DNA from: a virus
IMG/VR virus record: IMGVR_UViG_3300017917_001336
Span: 32,001-96,000 of that record
Strand: one strand, 5' to 3'
DNA length: 64,000 bases
The position numbers and the translations under genes were made by a program. This document shows, one piece after another, positions 1 through 9,888 of the stretch. The notes below the pieces were generated by a model that ran no database searches, had not been told where the DNA came from, and saw only the letters and a program-made list of their open reading frames with translations. Each line of letters opens with the position of its first letter. Position 1 is the first letter of the stretch.

Positions 1-2
1 AC

Positions 3-2231
3 GGTGCAACAGGAGTTGGAGCGTCTGGAACATACGGCGTTACTTTAACTTATGTTGGAACACTAGCAGTAGCAAGTGCAAACACAAACACCAATGCTGC
101 AGGTTATGGTGTAATTAGTTACACCGTTTCTCAAACAGGTTATGGTTACGCAACTACACCAGCTGTTACAATTACAGATCCTAACGCAGCGTTTGTTGCA
201 ATATCTGAAGCTACAACATCTGCGGCGTATAGCACAGATAAAGGTGCAACTTGGACAGCTACAGGTGGCAATACTGGAAAAACTAACTTAAAATCTCTTG
301 CATACGGTAATAACTTATATATTGCAGTCGGCGGAACAAGTTCTGCTGTAGCAGTATCATTAAGCGGATCACCAACTAATACATGGTCAGATCAATCTAC
401 AAATATTACTACAAATGCATCTGGTTATGCAACTGTTACATATGGTGCAGGTGTATTCTGTGCATTAGGTGGAACTGTTAGTTCGTTTACAGCAGCTGAT
501 CCAACTAAATGGTATACTGGTGCAAGCATTCCAAGTAAAACTTGGGTCAGTGCCGCATACGGCAACGGTAAGTTTGTTGGTTTAGCAAGTGACGGTACAA
601 TTATTGTTACAACAAACTGGCAGTCAAATAACTGGACAACAGGCCCATTTGCAGCAAATAATACTTGGGTAACAATTAGCAATAATCCGTTATTAGCTAG
701 TGGTATTACTACTTGGAGAAGAATTAGATACGGACAAGGTTTATTTGTCGCTGTAGCAACCTCAAGCCAGGCCGTAGCAACTAGCTGGGACGGTTTAAAC
801 TGGACATTCTACTCAACAGGAATGCCAAGTTCTAGCAACTGGTACGGTTTAGCATTTGGTAATCCGCAAAATGCTACACTAGGCGCAGTTCCTACTTGGG
901 TGAGTGTTTCAAATACTAGCGGAAAAGTAGCTACAACGATTGCTACTGGTGCAAGACCTTTAGGTCGTGCTAAAGTTGTCAACAATCAAATTTCTGAAAT
1001 TAGAATGATTGAGCCCGGTAGCGGATTCCCACGTGGTAATGTTACAGCTACTTCAAATACAAGTACAGGTACAATTACTGTTGATAGTACAATTAACCTA
1101 GTAGCTAATCAACCAGTTGTATTCAATGGAACAAGCGCAGGCGGAATTACTACTGGAACATACTACTATGTTAAAGGTAATCCAACAAGTACAACATTCC
1201 AGATATCTGCTACAGCAGGCGGATCAGTAATAGCATTAACAAATGCGTCAATATCTGGCATGACTTATTTTGCAGGTCCAATTATTACGCAAACTGACCC
1301 TAACAAGGTTAACACCGCTCCAATTGTACCGCGTATTGGTAACGGAGCATTAGGTAACCCAAGTTTTGGTCATCGAGGTACTGCTAACTCAACTGCTACC
1401 GCCAGCTACTCAGGTGACGGTTATGCTGATTTATATCAAACAGGAACTTATGTCAACGTTAGCGGACTATATCAAATTCCAACAGCAGGTTGTAACGTGG
1501 TATTCAGTAGCATTACTGGCACAAGTCGTTGGTATAAACTTGTTAGTGTAACTAACGTACTTGGAGTTCCTGGTAACTATACAGCTACATTCCAGATCAA
1601 TCCAGGTCTAACAACATTGTTAGCACCAGCACATAACGATTTGATCACAACAAACTTACAATATAGTAATGTTCGTTTAACTGGACATGACTTCTTGTAT
1701 GTTGGTACTGGTGGATTTACAGCAACTAACTATCCGTATGTAGATGCTACTAAAGCAGTAACAGCATACCAGCAAGTAACTACAGCCGGCGGTCGCGTGT
1801 TCTTTACAAGTACTGACCAAGACGGTAACTTTAACGTTGGTAATTTGTTTGGAGTTCAACAGTCAACTGGTACTGCTACATTGAACGCTAGTGCGTTTAA
1901 CTTATCAGGATTGCAGTCTCTAACACTTGGATCAGTTAGCCTTGGTGTTGGATCAGCTACAATTTACCAATTTAGTACAGATCCGTACTTTACAGCTAAC
2001 AGCGATGGTGTTGTACCTACGCAAAGAGCTATCAAGGCATACATAACCGCACAAATTGGTGGTGGTCAAAGCTCACTAAACGTAAATACAATCACATCTG
2101 GTCAAATCTACATAGCTGGAAATCAGATAAGTAATACAAACAACGTCCAAATTTACGTAGCAAGTAAAATGTTATTTACAGGCGGAGTGGATGGAGCACC
2201 TGTTGCTCTTGCATTCTTTGGACAGCGATAA
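3..2231 (+). CDS. Large virion structural/tail protein (5' truncated by window edge) with beta-propeller/Asp-box repeats and a conserved C-terminal domain
   Basis: Frame is open from position 3 through the 822 ATG to the stop at 2231. Repeats YSTDKGATW, TSWDGLNW, W..xAYGNG.FV; C-terminal VRLTGHDFL..GTGG..GRVFFTSTDQDGNF domain also present in 21601..25296. Confidence 0.75.
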   Translation, partial: GATGVGASGTYGVTLTYVGTLAVASANTNTNAAGYGVISYTVSQTGYGYATTPAVTITDPNAAFVAISEATTSAAYSTDKGATWTATGGNTGKTNLKSLAYGNNLYIAVGGTSSAVAVSLSGSPTNTWSDQSTNITTNASGYATVTYGAGVFCALGGTVSSFTAADPTKWYTGASIPSKTWVSAAYGNGKFVGLASDGTIIVTTNWQSNNWTTGPFAANNTWVTISNNPLLASGITTWRRIRYGQGLFVAVATSSQAVATSWDGLNWTFYSTGMPSSSNWYGLAFGNPQNATLGAVPTWVSVSNTSGKVATTIATGARPLGRAKVVNNQISEIRMIEPGSGFPRGNVTATSNTSTGTITVDSTINLVANQPVVFNGTSAGGITTGTYYYVKGNPTSTTFQISATAGGSVIALTNASISGMTYFAGPIITQTDPNKVNTAPIVPRIGNGALGNPSFGHRGTANSTATASYSGDGYADLYQTGTYVNVSGLYQIPTAGCNVVFSSITGTSRWYKLVSVTNVLGVPGNYTATFQINPGLTTLLAPAHNDLITTNLQYSNVRLTGHDFLYVGTGGFTATNYPYVDATKAVTAYQQVTTAGGRVFFTSTDQDGNFNVGNLFGVQQSTGTATLNASAFNLSGLQSLTLGSVSLGVGSATIYQFSTDPYFTANSDGVVPTQRAIKAYITAQIGGGQSSLNVNTITSGQIYIAGNQISNTNNVQIYVASKMLFTGGVDGAPVALAFFGQR

Positions 2232-2253
2232 TAAACAATTTGGAGAAACATAA

Positions 2254-2607
2254 ATGGCAACAGGAATTTTATACACAGGTACACCGGCAGCAACAACAGC
2301 AACTACTGCCTATACTGTACCAACAACAACTTATAGTGTTGTTAACGTCAGTTTTACTAACACCGGTACCACATCTGCAACTATTCGTTTGTATATTGGT
2401 TCTAGTTTAGGATCCGCTGGTAGCCCAACCGGATCGTTAGTTAACAGTGAAGCTATTGAATACGATACTGTAATTGCTCCTAAAGGAGTATTTGAACGAA
2501 CAGGTCTAGTGTTAAGTAGTGTTACTGGAGCAAAATATATTACAGTATGGGCTTCAACTGCTAACGTGAACGTAAACATCTACGGTATCGAGACATCAAC
2601 AGTATAA
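2254..2607 (+). CDS. Small beta-rich virion protein
   Basis: GGAG RBS, Thr/Ser-rich, lies between structural genes. Confidence 0.55.
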   Translation: MATGILYTGTPAATTATTAYTVPTTTYSVVNVSFTNTGTTSATIRLYIGSSLGSAGSPTGSLVNSEAIEYDTVIAPKGVFERTGLVLSSVTGAKYITVWASTANVNVNIYGIETSTV

Positions 2608-2627
2608 TATAAAAGAGAGATAATAAT

Positions 2628-3770
2628 ATGGCACGTTATAATACGGTAATCCCAACAGCGACTGCGTCTGCTACAGCATCAATTGCATCTCCAGGTGCTG
2701 GTGCATTTACAAAACTTACAGGTACTAGCTATACTGTAACAATTGGAGATCCTGTACTATTTGCCGGTCAATCTCAAGTATTCTATAATGCTGCCAGCGG
2801 AACAATTACATTAACATTTACTAGTACTGGTGCAGGAACATTTATTGGCCCAGGCGGAAGCACTACAACAAGTCAAACAATTGGTAGTGGATCAACATTA
2901 ACAATTTATTCTGATGGTACTAACTGGGTATTAATGGGTTCAGGTGGCGGTCCTGTAACAGCAACAACAGGTTCATTTAGCGGCGACATAACACTTACTG
3001 GCGCAACACCTACAGTTAACTTTAACAATACTAATCCAACTATTGCTACAAACAGTTCAGGAAGTACAGCTACAGTTTTTAACACTAACGTTACTACGCT
3101 TAACATTGGCGGTGCAGCCACTACTATTGCAATGGGTGTAAATGCTGGTACAACTACATTAAAAGGTAAGCTATCGCTTGCTGGCTCAGGTAGTGGTACT
3201 GTTTCATTCCAGGCAGCAGCCGCGGCAGGTTCAGTAACTTATACATTACCGAGTGCCGATGCAGCTGCGTCTGGTTATGCACTAGTATCAAACGGTAGTG
3301 GTACATTAAGTTGGGCACAAACAGGTGCATCAGTAACTGACGACAGTTCATCAACAACTTTATATCCATTGTTGTTTAATGCTACTAGCGGAAATGCAAC
3401 AACTATCAGAGTATCAAGTACAAAATTATCGTTTAATGCTTCGACTGGTACAATGACAGCAACGGCATTGACTGCAACAACTATTACTGAAACTTCTAGT
3501 ATAGCACTAAAAGAAAATTTAAATCCAATTACTGGTGCACTTGATAAAGTTTTACAACTAGCAGCATATACATATGATCGTAAAGATGGATCTAGTAAAA
3601 ACGAAGCTGGTTTAATTGCTGAAGATGTAAACGAAATTATTCCAAACTTAGTTACATTAGATAAAGATGGCAAGCCTTACGGTATTCAATATACGAAACT
3701 TACAGCTTATCTTGTTGAAGCAGTTAAATCACTAAAGGAAGAGATTGATAGATTAAAAGGTAATAAGTAA
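2628..3770 (+). CDS. Tail fibre protein with C-terminal intramolecular chaperone (peptidase S74)
   Basis: T/S/G-rich shaft, then SSIALKENL..ALDKVLQL...GLIAEDV..IIPNLV...IQYTKLTAYLVEAVKSL coiled end. Confidence 0.8.
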   Translation: MARYNTVIPTATASATASIASPGAGAFTKLTGTSYTVTIGDPVLFAGQSQVFYNAASGTITLTFTSTGAGTFIGPGGSTTTSQTIGSGSTLTIYSDGTNWVLMGSGGGPVTATTGSFSGDITLTGATPTVNFNNTNPTIATNSSGSTATVFNTNVTTLNIGGAATTIAMGVNAGTTTLKGKLSLAGSGSGTVSFQAAAAAGSVTYTLPSADAAASGYALVSNGSGTLSWAQTGASVTDDSSSTTLYPLLFNATSGNATTIRVSSTKLSFNASTGTMTATALTATTITETSSIALKENLNPITGALDKVLQLAAYTYDRKDGSSKNEAGLIAEDVNEIIPNLVTLDKDGKPYGIQYTKLTAYLVEAVKSLKEEIDRLKGNK

Positions 3771-5596
3771 TGGCAACGTTAAAAAATACCACAATTAGTG
3801 ATACTGGAACTTTAAAATTATCAACAGGTACGCAAGCACAGCGTCCAGCGATTGTTTCAAAAGTACAATCATTTTCAAGCCCTGGTACATGGACTGCACC
3901 TACTGGAGTAACTAGCGTTGAAGTGTTAGTTGTTGCCGGTGGTGGTGGTACTGGTTGGGACGTTGGTGGCGGAGGTGGCGGAGGTGGCGTACTATATGCT
4001 GCTAGTTTTCCAGTCACACCAGGAACACCATATCCAGTAGGCGTAGGTTCAGGTGGTGCTTCTGCATCAACTCCCGGAGCTAAAGGATCTAACGGAGGCA
4101 ACTCAAACTTTTCAACATTAACTGCTGTCGGCGGTGGTGGAGGAGGAGCATATCCCGGTAACGGTGCAGGTCTTCCCGGCGGATCTGGTGGTGGTGGAGG
4201 AGACCAATTTGCTTCGGGCGGTTCTGGAACACAATCTCCAAGCGGCCCAGCTACTGGATACGGATTTCCTGGAGGTGGTAGTGGACAAGCATGGGTAGGT
4301 GGTGGTGGCGGTGGCGCTGGCGGCGCTGGCCAAGGTGGCGGAGGAATTTTGCGCTATCAAGATTCAAGAGAAAGCAACTTATCAGGCGGCGACGGTTCTA
4401 TTGCATTGCCTGGAGGATGGACTGGTTACCCGGGATCAGGCGGCTTTTATGAAGGAACAGCAGCTTTAGGTGGGCCAGGATTAACATTTACAATTACTGG
4501 AACAGCAATTACATATTCAGGCGGCGGCCACGGGCAATCTGACGGTGGATTTATTCAACCAACAAACCCTAATCCAGGGTGGGGTGCAAACGGTTCTGGT
4601 GAAGGCGGCTCGTATTATCCCGGAAGTCCCGGTGTAGTTGTTTTAAGATATAGAGTTCCAACTGATACAGAAACTAGTGGATATGCTAGATTTAACACAA
4701 ATAGTAATAGTTTAGAAATGGACGGTGGTAGCGGTTTTTCATCGTTACAAGATGCAGCAGATTCACGCATTGTTAAATTTACCGAAGTTGGTAGTTGGAC
4801 TTGGACTGTTCCTGCAAACGTTTATAGCGTCAGAGTACTAGTAGTTGCTGGCGGTGGTGGCGGATGTGAACGTCACGGTGGTGGTGGAGGTGGAGGCGGT
4901 ATGCTTGAGCATTTTGGCTATCCAGTTACACCAGGCGCAAGTATCCCAGTAGTAGTTGGCGCAGGCGGTAAAGGTTTAGCTAAACCATCAGGAAATCCAC
5001 ACGGAAATCCAGGCTATCAAGGTTATCCAAGTAGTTTTGGAGATATTATTACTTATGGCGGTGGCGGTGGATTCAGTGACGGAAGTGTCCAAGGCGATCC
5101 AAGAGCCACTGGTGGCGGAGTCCAGCTCGCTGGCGGATCAGGTGGCGGCGGAAGCCATAACCCTGGTAACGTGTCTGGCGTAGGCATCTTAGGACAAGGA
5201 TTTCCAGGCGGTGGCGCATCTAGTTCGCAGACAAGCCGTGGCGGTACAGGCCCATATCCTGGTACAGGTAACCCACATGCAGGCGGTGGTGGCGGTGGCG
5301 CAGGTGGCGCAGGCGAACCATCGAGAAGCAACAGTGAAGCAGGTAATGGTGGCCCAGGACGAATGAGCGATATTACTGGACAACAAGTTTGGTACGCAGG
5401 CGGCGGCGGCGGATCTTGCCATAATAACACTACTCAAGGCGGTAAAGGTGGTATTGGTGGTGGTGGCGATGGTGGCGGCCCTGGATATCATCAACCGGGT
5501 GTTGACGGTCTTGGTGGTGGTGGCGGTGCAGCTAATAATGATCCAGCTCCTGTAGGTGGATATGGTGGCTCCGGAATTGTTATTATTCGTTATTAA
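3770..5596 (+). CDS. Glycine-rich virion/fibre protein, paralog 1 (two Gly-rich domains)
   Basis: Two copies of FSSPGTWTAP.GV.SV.VLVVAGGGGG...GGSGIVIIRY; N-terminus MATLKNTTI.DTG shared with 8047 and 9889. Confidence 0.75.
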   Translation: MATLKNTTISDTGTLKLSTGTQAQRPAIVSKVQSFSSPGTWTAPTGVTSVEVLVVAGGGGTGWDVGGGGGGGGVLYAASFPVTPGTPYPVGVGSGGASASTPGAKGSNGGNSNFSTLTAVGGGGGGAYPGNGAGLPGGSGGGGGDQFASGGSGTQSPSGPATGYGFPGGGSGQAWVGGGGGGAGGAGQGGGGILRYQDSRESNLSGGDGSIALPGGWTGYPGSGGFYEGTAALGGPGLTFTITGTAITYSGGGHGQSDGGFIQPTNPNPGWGANGSGEGGSYYPGSPGVVVLRYRVPTDTETSGYARFNTNSNSLEMDGGSGFSSLQDAADSRIVKFTEVGSWTWTVPANVYSVRVLVVAGGGGGCERHGGGGGGGGMLEHFGYPVTPGASIPVVVGAGGKGLAKPSGNPHGNPGYQGYPSSFGDIITYGGGGGFSDGSVQGDPRATGGGVQLAGGSGGGGSHNPGNVSGVGILGQGFPGGGASSSQTSRGGTGPYPGTGNPHAGGGGGGAGGAGEPSRSNSEAGNGGPGRMSDITGQQVWYAGGGGGSCHNNTTQGGKGGIGGGGDGGGPGYHQPGVDGLGGGGGAANNDPAPVGGYGGSGIVIIRY

Positions 5597-5604
5597 GGAT
5601 TTTT

Positions 5605-5904
5605 ATGGCAGAGCTAGAAAATAATCAACAAGAACAAACAGTAGTTAGTGTTCCCACTCTTCCTACAAAAGAAGAATTATTAGAAAAATGGGATTCTTCT
5701 TGGGGAGTTTATATATGGTACGGATCAATTCCAGAATTTTTGTTAAAATGGGGATTGTTAGGAAACCATGAAATTAGAGAACACACAGAATATGAGTATA
5801 TTGACACCGATCAAGATGGCACATATGAAGTAATGTTTACTACTAAGAATGTAGAGTTTAGTACAGATGAAGAATTTTCATCAAAAATTAAACAAGTTCG
5901 ATAA
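5605..5904 (+). CDS. Hypothetical acidic protein
   Basis: AAGGA RBS, 99 aa ORF following the Gly-rich gene. Confidence 0.6.
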   Translation: MAELENNQQEQTVVSVPTLPTKEELLEKWDSSWGVYIWYGSIPEFLLKWGLLGNHEIREHTEYEYIDTDQDGTYEVMFTTKNVEFSTDEEFSSKIKQVR

Positions 5905-5917
5905 AATTACTACTAAT

Positions 5918-5944
5918 AAAAAAGCACCCTTAGGGTGCTTTTTT
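5918..5944. terminator. Bidirectional rho-independent terminator
   Basis: AAAAAAGCACCC-TTA-GGGTGCTTTTTT between convergent genes. Confidence 0.9.
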
Positions 5945-7409
5945 ATTTTGTGTCTCTTATTACTGAAAGCATCATTTTGTGAGATATTTCTTTAGTTTCT
6001 TTTAAGAAATTTATCTCATGTGCTACAAGGTTATCAGCATGTTCTCTAATTAATGAATGTAACATCTGATACTCTTTCTTAATAGATTCTTGATCAAATA
6101 ATCCAAGCCCCTGCATTACTACAATAAAATTAGCTTCTGTAAATAATGCATATTGAGAAACATTATAAAAGTCTTCTTTGATTGGCAACTTATATCTCCA
6201 CTGCTCTAAATTAGATTTTAGGCTATCTGGAAGTTCAAGATTTTGTATATCTTTCCAAAACTGACTGTTATCTTTTTTAACAACGTAATGTAGCGCAATG
6301 AAATCTCTAATATTTTCCATAATGCTGGTTATTGATCTATTATAACTTTCAATTGTTTTTTCATCATAGTTTGCTAGTCTATGCATTAAAATAAATGCCT
6401 GTTGAATAGACGTGCCAATACTAGTTGCTTCTAGTGGCTCTACAAAACTTCCGCTAAGGCCGATTGCAACACAATTTTTAATCCATGCACGATCTAATGC
6501 ACCCGGATCAAATTTAAATTCTTTACCAATTTCAATCTCATGTCCTAGGTATTTTTCTGCTTCTGCCTTAGCTTGATCCTGCGTAATATAATCGCTGTCA
6601 TAGATATAACCATTTCCACCACGACCCCAAACAGGTATTCTAAACATCCAACCGTAATCCATTGCTTTTGCTAAAGTCCACATATTATAGTTTTCTGTAT
6701 CCGGTGTTGGAAATGCTATAGCAGCCTTCATTTTTAAATACTTTCCGTAACTTATCCACTTTGCTCCTAACTTAGACATTAGAATACGTTTAAATCCGGT
6801 ACTATCGATGTAAAAATCATAGTTGTAATCTTGTTTGTTTCCTTTAAGAGTACCAATACTACCATCTTCAGCTAAAGTAACATCAATAATTTCGTCATCG
6901 ATAAAATTAATCCCCAAAGATTTACCAGTTTTAGTTAAAAATTCATTTAATTTATGTGTGTTAAAATGATACTGACTAGCAGGTGATTCTTTTGGATTAT
7001 TTAAAAACCATGTATTAACTTGACTTCTCCAATATCGTTCACTTGACATTGCTGTAGCTGGTTCGCCTTCAGCAATTAATTTGCCGTACACATATCTATA
7101 TTGACTGGCTCGACCGTCGTAAGGGACTTGTACGCTGTGCATATAAGGATCAGGAGTCCAATCTCTAAACATAATACCTACTTTGTATGTAGCATCGCAT
7201 TCTTTGATTAATGTGTATTGGTCAATTTCTAAAAAATCCATAAACTCTTTCCAGTGTTCAGTACTTCCTTCACCGACACCAACTATCCCAATAGCTTTAG
7301 AACATATTAAATCAATATGTAAATCTGGGAGACGTTTTTTTAAAACTAATGCAGCTACTAGTCCAGCGGTACCGCCGCCGACTACTGCTAATCTATTAAC
7401 ATGTTTCAT
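5943..7409 (-). CDS. Flavin-dependent halogenase (tryptophan halogenase/PrnA family)
   Basis: VVGGGTAG FAD motif, GVGEGS, DATYKVGIMFRDW (catalytic Lys position), IDSTGF, GWMFRIP (WxWxIP variant), FVEPLEATSIG. Confidence 0.88.
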   Translation of the reverse strand: MKHVNRLAVVGGGTAGLVAALVLKKRLPDLHIDLICSKAIGIVGVGEGSTEHWKEFMDFLEIDQYTLIKECDATYKVGIMFRDWTPDPYMHSVQVPYDGRASQYRYVYGKLIAEGEPATAMSSERYWRSQVNTWFLNNPKESPASQYHFNTHKLNEFLTKTGKSLGINFIDDEIIDVTLAEDGSIGTLKGNKQDYNYDFYIDSTGFKRILMSKLGAKWISYGKYLKMKAAIAFPTPDTENYNMWTLAKAMDYGWMFRIPVWGRGGNGYIYDSDYITQDQAKAEAEKYLGHEIEIGKEFKFDPGALDRAWIKNCVAIGLSGSFVEPLEATSIGTSIQQAFILMHRLANYDEKTIESYNRSITSIMENIRDFIALHYVVKKDNSQFWKDIQNLELPDSLKSNLEQWRYKLPIKEDFYNVSQYALFTEANFIVVMQGLGLFDQESIKKEYQMLHSLIREHADNLVAHEINFLKETKEISHKMMLSVIRDTK

Positions 7410-7966
7410 ACGAAATTATACCATCCTGTAATTATATATTTTTCTTCAGTTGGACTAATTACACCTCTATGTGTATGTGTCCAGTCTGCAGGCCAAATTA
7501 ATGTTTTTCCTTGCTCAGCTGTTGTAATCAAATTTTGATGGAAAAATTCAGTTCCTCCACCATTACTTACTGTGTTTAAGTACGTCATAAAAACTAAATG
7601 CCTTGTACTGTTTATAGGATCGGGCGATCCTCTTTCAGTATGATATGCAACATATCCTTCACCTGGTTTATAATGCTGTATTTTCACTCGTTCTCTAATA
7701 GTAAATGGACTATAAGAATTGCAATATGGATATTGCTGTATATAAGTTTCTAATACTTGTTGCAATTCATACAAATAATTTGATAGCGCAGGATCTAAGA
7801 TATCATACCTACATTCTGTGCTAGATTTTTCTAAAGAATTTACAAGACCATCGACTTTACCTTGCCAAATAGTTCCTGCACGTTTTGAAGGATCATTTTT
7901 AAATAATTCTATTAAATCTTCGCAAGTTTGGGGAGAAACAACCCCTTGTCCTATAAACGTATTCAT
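7406..7966 (-). CDS. 2OG-Fe(II) oxygenase (prolyl-hydroxylase-like)
   Basis: YHTE...VFMTYLN..GGGTEF...WPADWTHTHRG..KYIITGW; start moved to ATG 7966, 5 nt below a TAACTA box. Confidence 0.85.
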   Translation of the reverse strand: MNTFIGQGVVSPQTCEDLIELFKNDPSKRAGTIWQGKVDGLVNSLEKSSTECRYDILDPALSNYLYELQQVLETYIQQYPYCNSYSPFTIRERVKIQHYKPGEGYVAYHTERGSPDPINSTRHLVFMTYLNTVSNGGGTEFFHQNLITTAEQGKTLIWPADWTHTHRGVISPTEEKYIITGWYNFV

Positions 7967-8046
7967 ACATTTAGTTAGCACTTTTTAACTTTCTTGCTTT
8001 AATATTTGGCTAAATAATAGAAATAATCGTAAAGAGATTAGAATTC

Positions 8047-9873
8047 ATGGCTACACTAAAGAATACAACTATTAATGATACAGGGTTTATACAATTACCC
8101 AAAGGAACAACAGCCCAGCGCGGCATTTACACCTTTACGGGCCCAGGATCATGGACTGCACCAGCGGGTGTAACTAGTGTTTCAGTACTAGTAGTAGGCG
8201 GCGGAGGCGCTGGTGGACAAGATACCGCCGGTGGAGGAGGTGGAGGAGGCGTTGTTTTCCACAATAGCTTTCCAGTTACACCAGGCACATCTTATCCTAT
8301 TACAGTTGGCGCAGGCGGAGTTCGTCCTGACGGCGGCCCAACAGGAGCAAGAGGAAATAATGGAAGTCCTTCAACATTTAGTACACTAACAGCACTAGGT
8401 GGCGGTGGTGGAACAGGTAGTGCATCGGGCGGTCTAGCTGCTCAACCAGGTGGTTCGGGTGGTGGAGGCGGAAACGGCTTGGCCGCTGGATCTGCAACAC
8501 AACCAGGTCAATCAAATCCAGGCGCAACAGTAAATGCTGGTTTTGCCGGAGAAGCAGCTGCATCAGGCTATGGCGCAGGTGGCGGCGGAGCAGGTGAAGC
8601 TGGCGGTACAAAAGGTATTATGCGAGGCGGTGACGGCTTAAGATTTTTTGGCCAATACTGGGGCGGCGGTGGCGGCGGTACAATAAATGGCGCAGGCGGC
8701 CTTGGCGGAGCGGGTGGTGGCGGTTTTAACCTACCAGGTACTAGCTTCCAAGGTCCAAGAAATAACGGATTAGCAAACACCGGCGGCGGTGGTTCTGCAC
8801 ATTATGGATCATGGAATGGAGCAGGTAATGGTGGTTCTGGTATTGTTATTGTTTGTACAGACCAGGTAGGTAGTGTACGATATAATACAGATAACAATTT
8901 AGTTGAATATTTTGACGGAACAGAGTGGCAAAACTTTAAGTGTAGAGGCACCGGCGGATCTATACAAACTATCACAATCCACTCATTTAAAACAGTAGGA
9001 AGTCATTCATTTACAGCACCTCCAGGTGTTGACCGTGTATGGGCACTAGTTGTCGCTGGTGGTGGAGGTGGAGGCACACGTAATTCCGGTGGTGGAGGTG
9101 GAGGCACTGACGGCGGTTCAGGTGGCGGTGCTGGAGGAATGTTAGAAGGAACATATCCAGTTACACCAGGAACAACTTATTCAATTACAGTTGGTGCTGG
9201 CGGTGCTGGTGGCGGTCGAGCTGGTTCACCTAACCCAGGAGGTCAAAGTCCAGGCGCAAAAGGCGGAGATTCTGTATTTGCAACAGCAACAGCCATTGGC
9301 GGCGGATTTGGTGGCTGTGGCCCAGGCGGGAATCCCGGAGGCCCAGGCGGCAGTTCAGGTGGTGCAGGTGGCGGCGGCGGATCAGCAACATCAACTCCTG
9401 GTGCTGCACAAACTCCAAGCGGTGGCCTAACAGGATACGGAAACGCTGGCGCAGGCAATCCTCAAGTTGCTCCATATACAGGTTCAGGTGGTGGCGGTGC
9501 TGGCTCAGGCGGAACAGCTGGCGGTTCTCAAAACAAAGGTTGGGGCGGATACGGAAGATTAAGTTATATTACAGGTACTGCTGTATTGTACGCTGCAGGC
9601 GGTGGTGGTGGTGGTTCTGGACCTACTTTCTCGTGGGGTGGCACAGGCGGTGCTCAAATGCGTGGTGGTCATAACACTACAGCCGGCGGCATTGGCGGAG
9701 CAGGTGGCGGAACTATGCAAAGTTATATTAGAACAGGTTATAACGAAGCTGACGGAGATAACGGAGCAACAAACACAGGTTCAGGCGGTGGTGGTGGTGC
9801 AGGAAATCCTTGGTCTACTCCAGGCGGCTATGGTGGAGCAGGCGGCCCAGGAATTGTAATCATTCGCTACTAA
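8047..9873 (+). CDS. Glycine-rich virion/fibre protein, paralog 2
   Basis: Same N-terminus and two Gly-rich domains as 3770; TAAATA at 8011-8016. Confidence 0.75.
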   Translation: MATLKNTTINDTGFIQLPKGTTAQRGIYTFTGPGSWTAPAGVTSVSVLVVGGGGAGGQDTAGGGGGGGVVFHNSFPVTPGTSYPITVGAGGVRPDGGPTGARGNNGSPSTFSTLTALGGGGGTGSASGGLAAQPGGSGGGGGNGLAAGSATQPGQSNPGATVNAGFAGEAAASGYGAGGGGAGEAGGTKGIMRGGDGLRFFGQYWGGGGGGTINGAGGLGGAGGGGFNLPGTSFQGPRNNGLANTGGGGSAHYGSWNGAGNGGSGIVIVCTDQVGSVRYNTDNNLVEYFDGTEWQNFKCRGTGGSIQTITIHSFKTVGSHSFTAPPGVDRVWALVVAGGGGGGTRNSGGGGGGTDGGSGGGAGGMLEGTYPVTPGTTYSITVGAGGAGGGRAGSPNPGGQSPGAKGGDSVFATATAIGGGFGGCGPGGNPGGPGGSSGGAGGGGGSATSTPGAAQTPSGGLTGYGNAGAGNPQVAPYTGSGGGGAGSGGTAGGSQNKGWGGYGRLSYITGTAVLYAAGGGGGGSGPTFSWGGTGGAQMRGGHNTTAGGIGGAGGGTMQSYIRTGYNEADGDNGATNTGSGGGGGAGNPWSTPGGYGGAGGPGIVIIRY

Positions 9874-9888
9874 TAGGATAAACACAGT

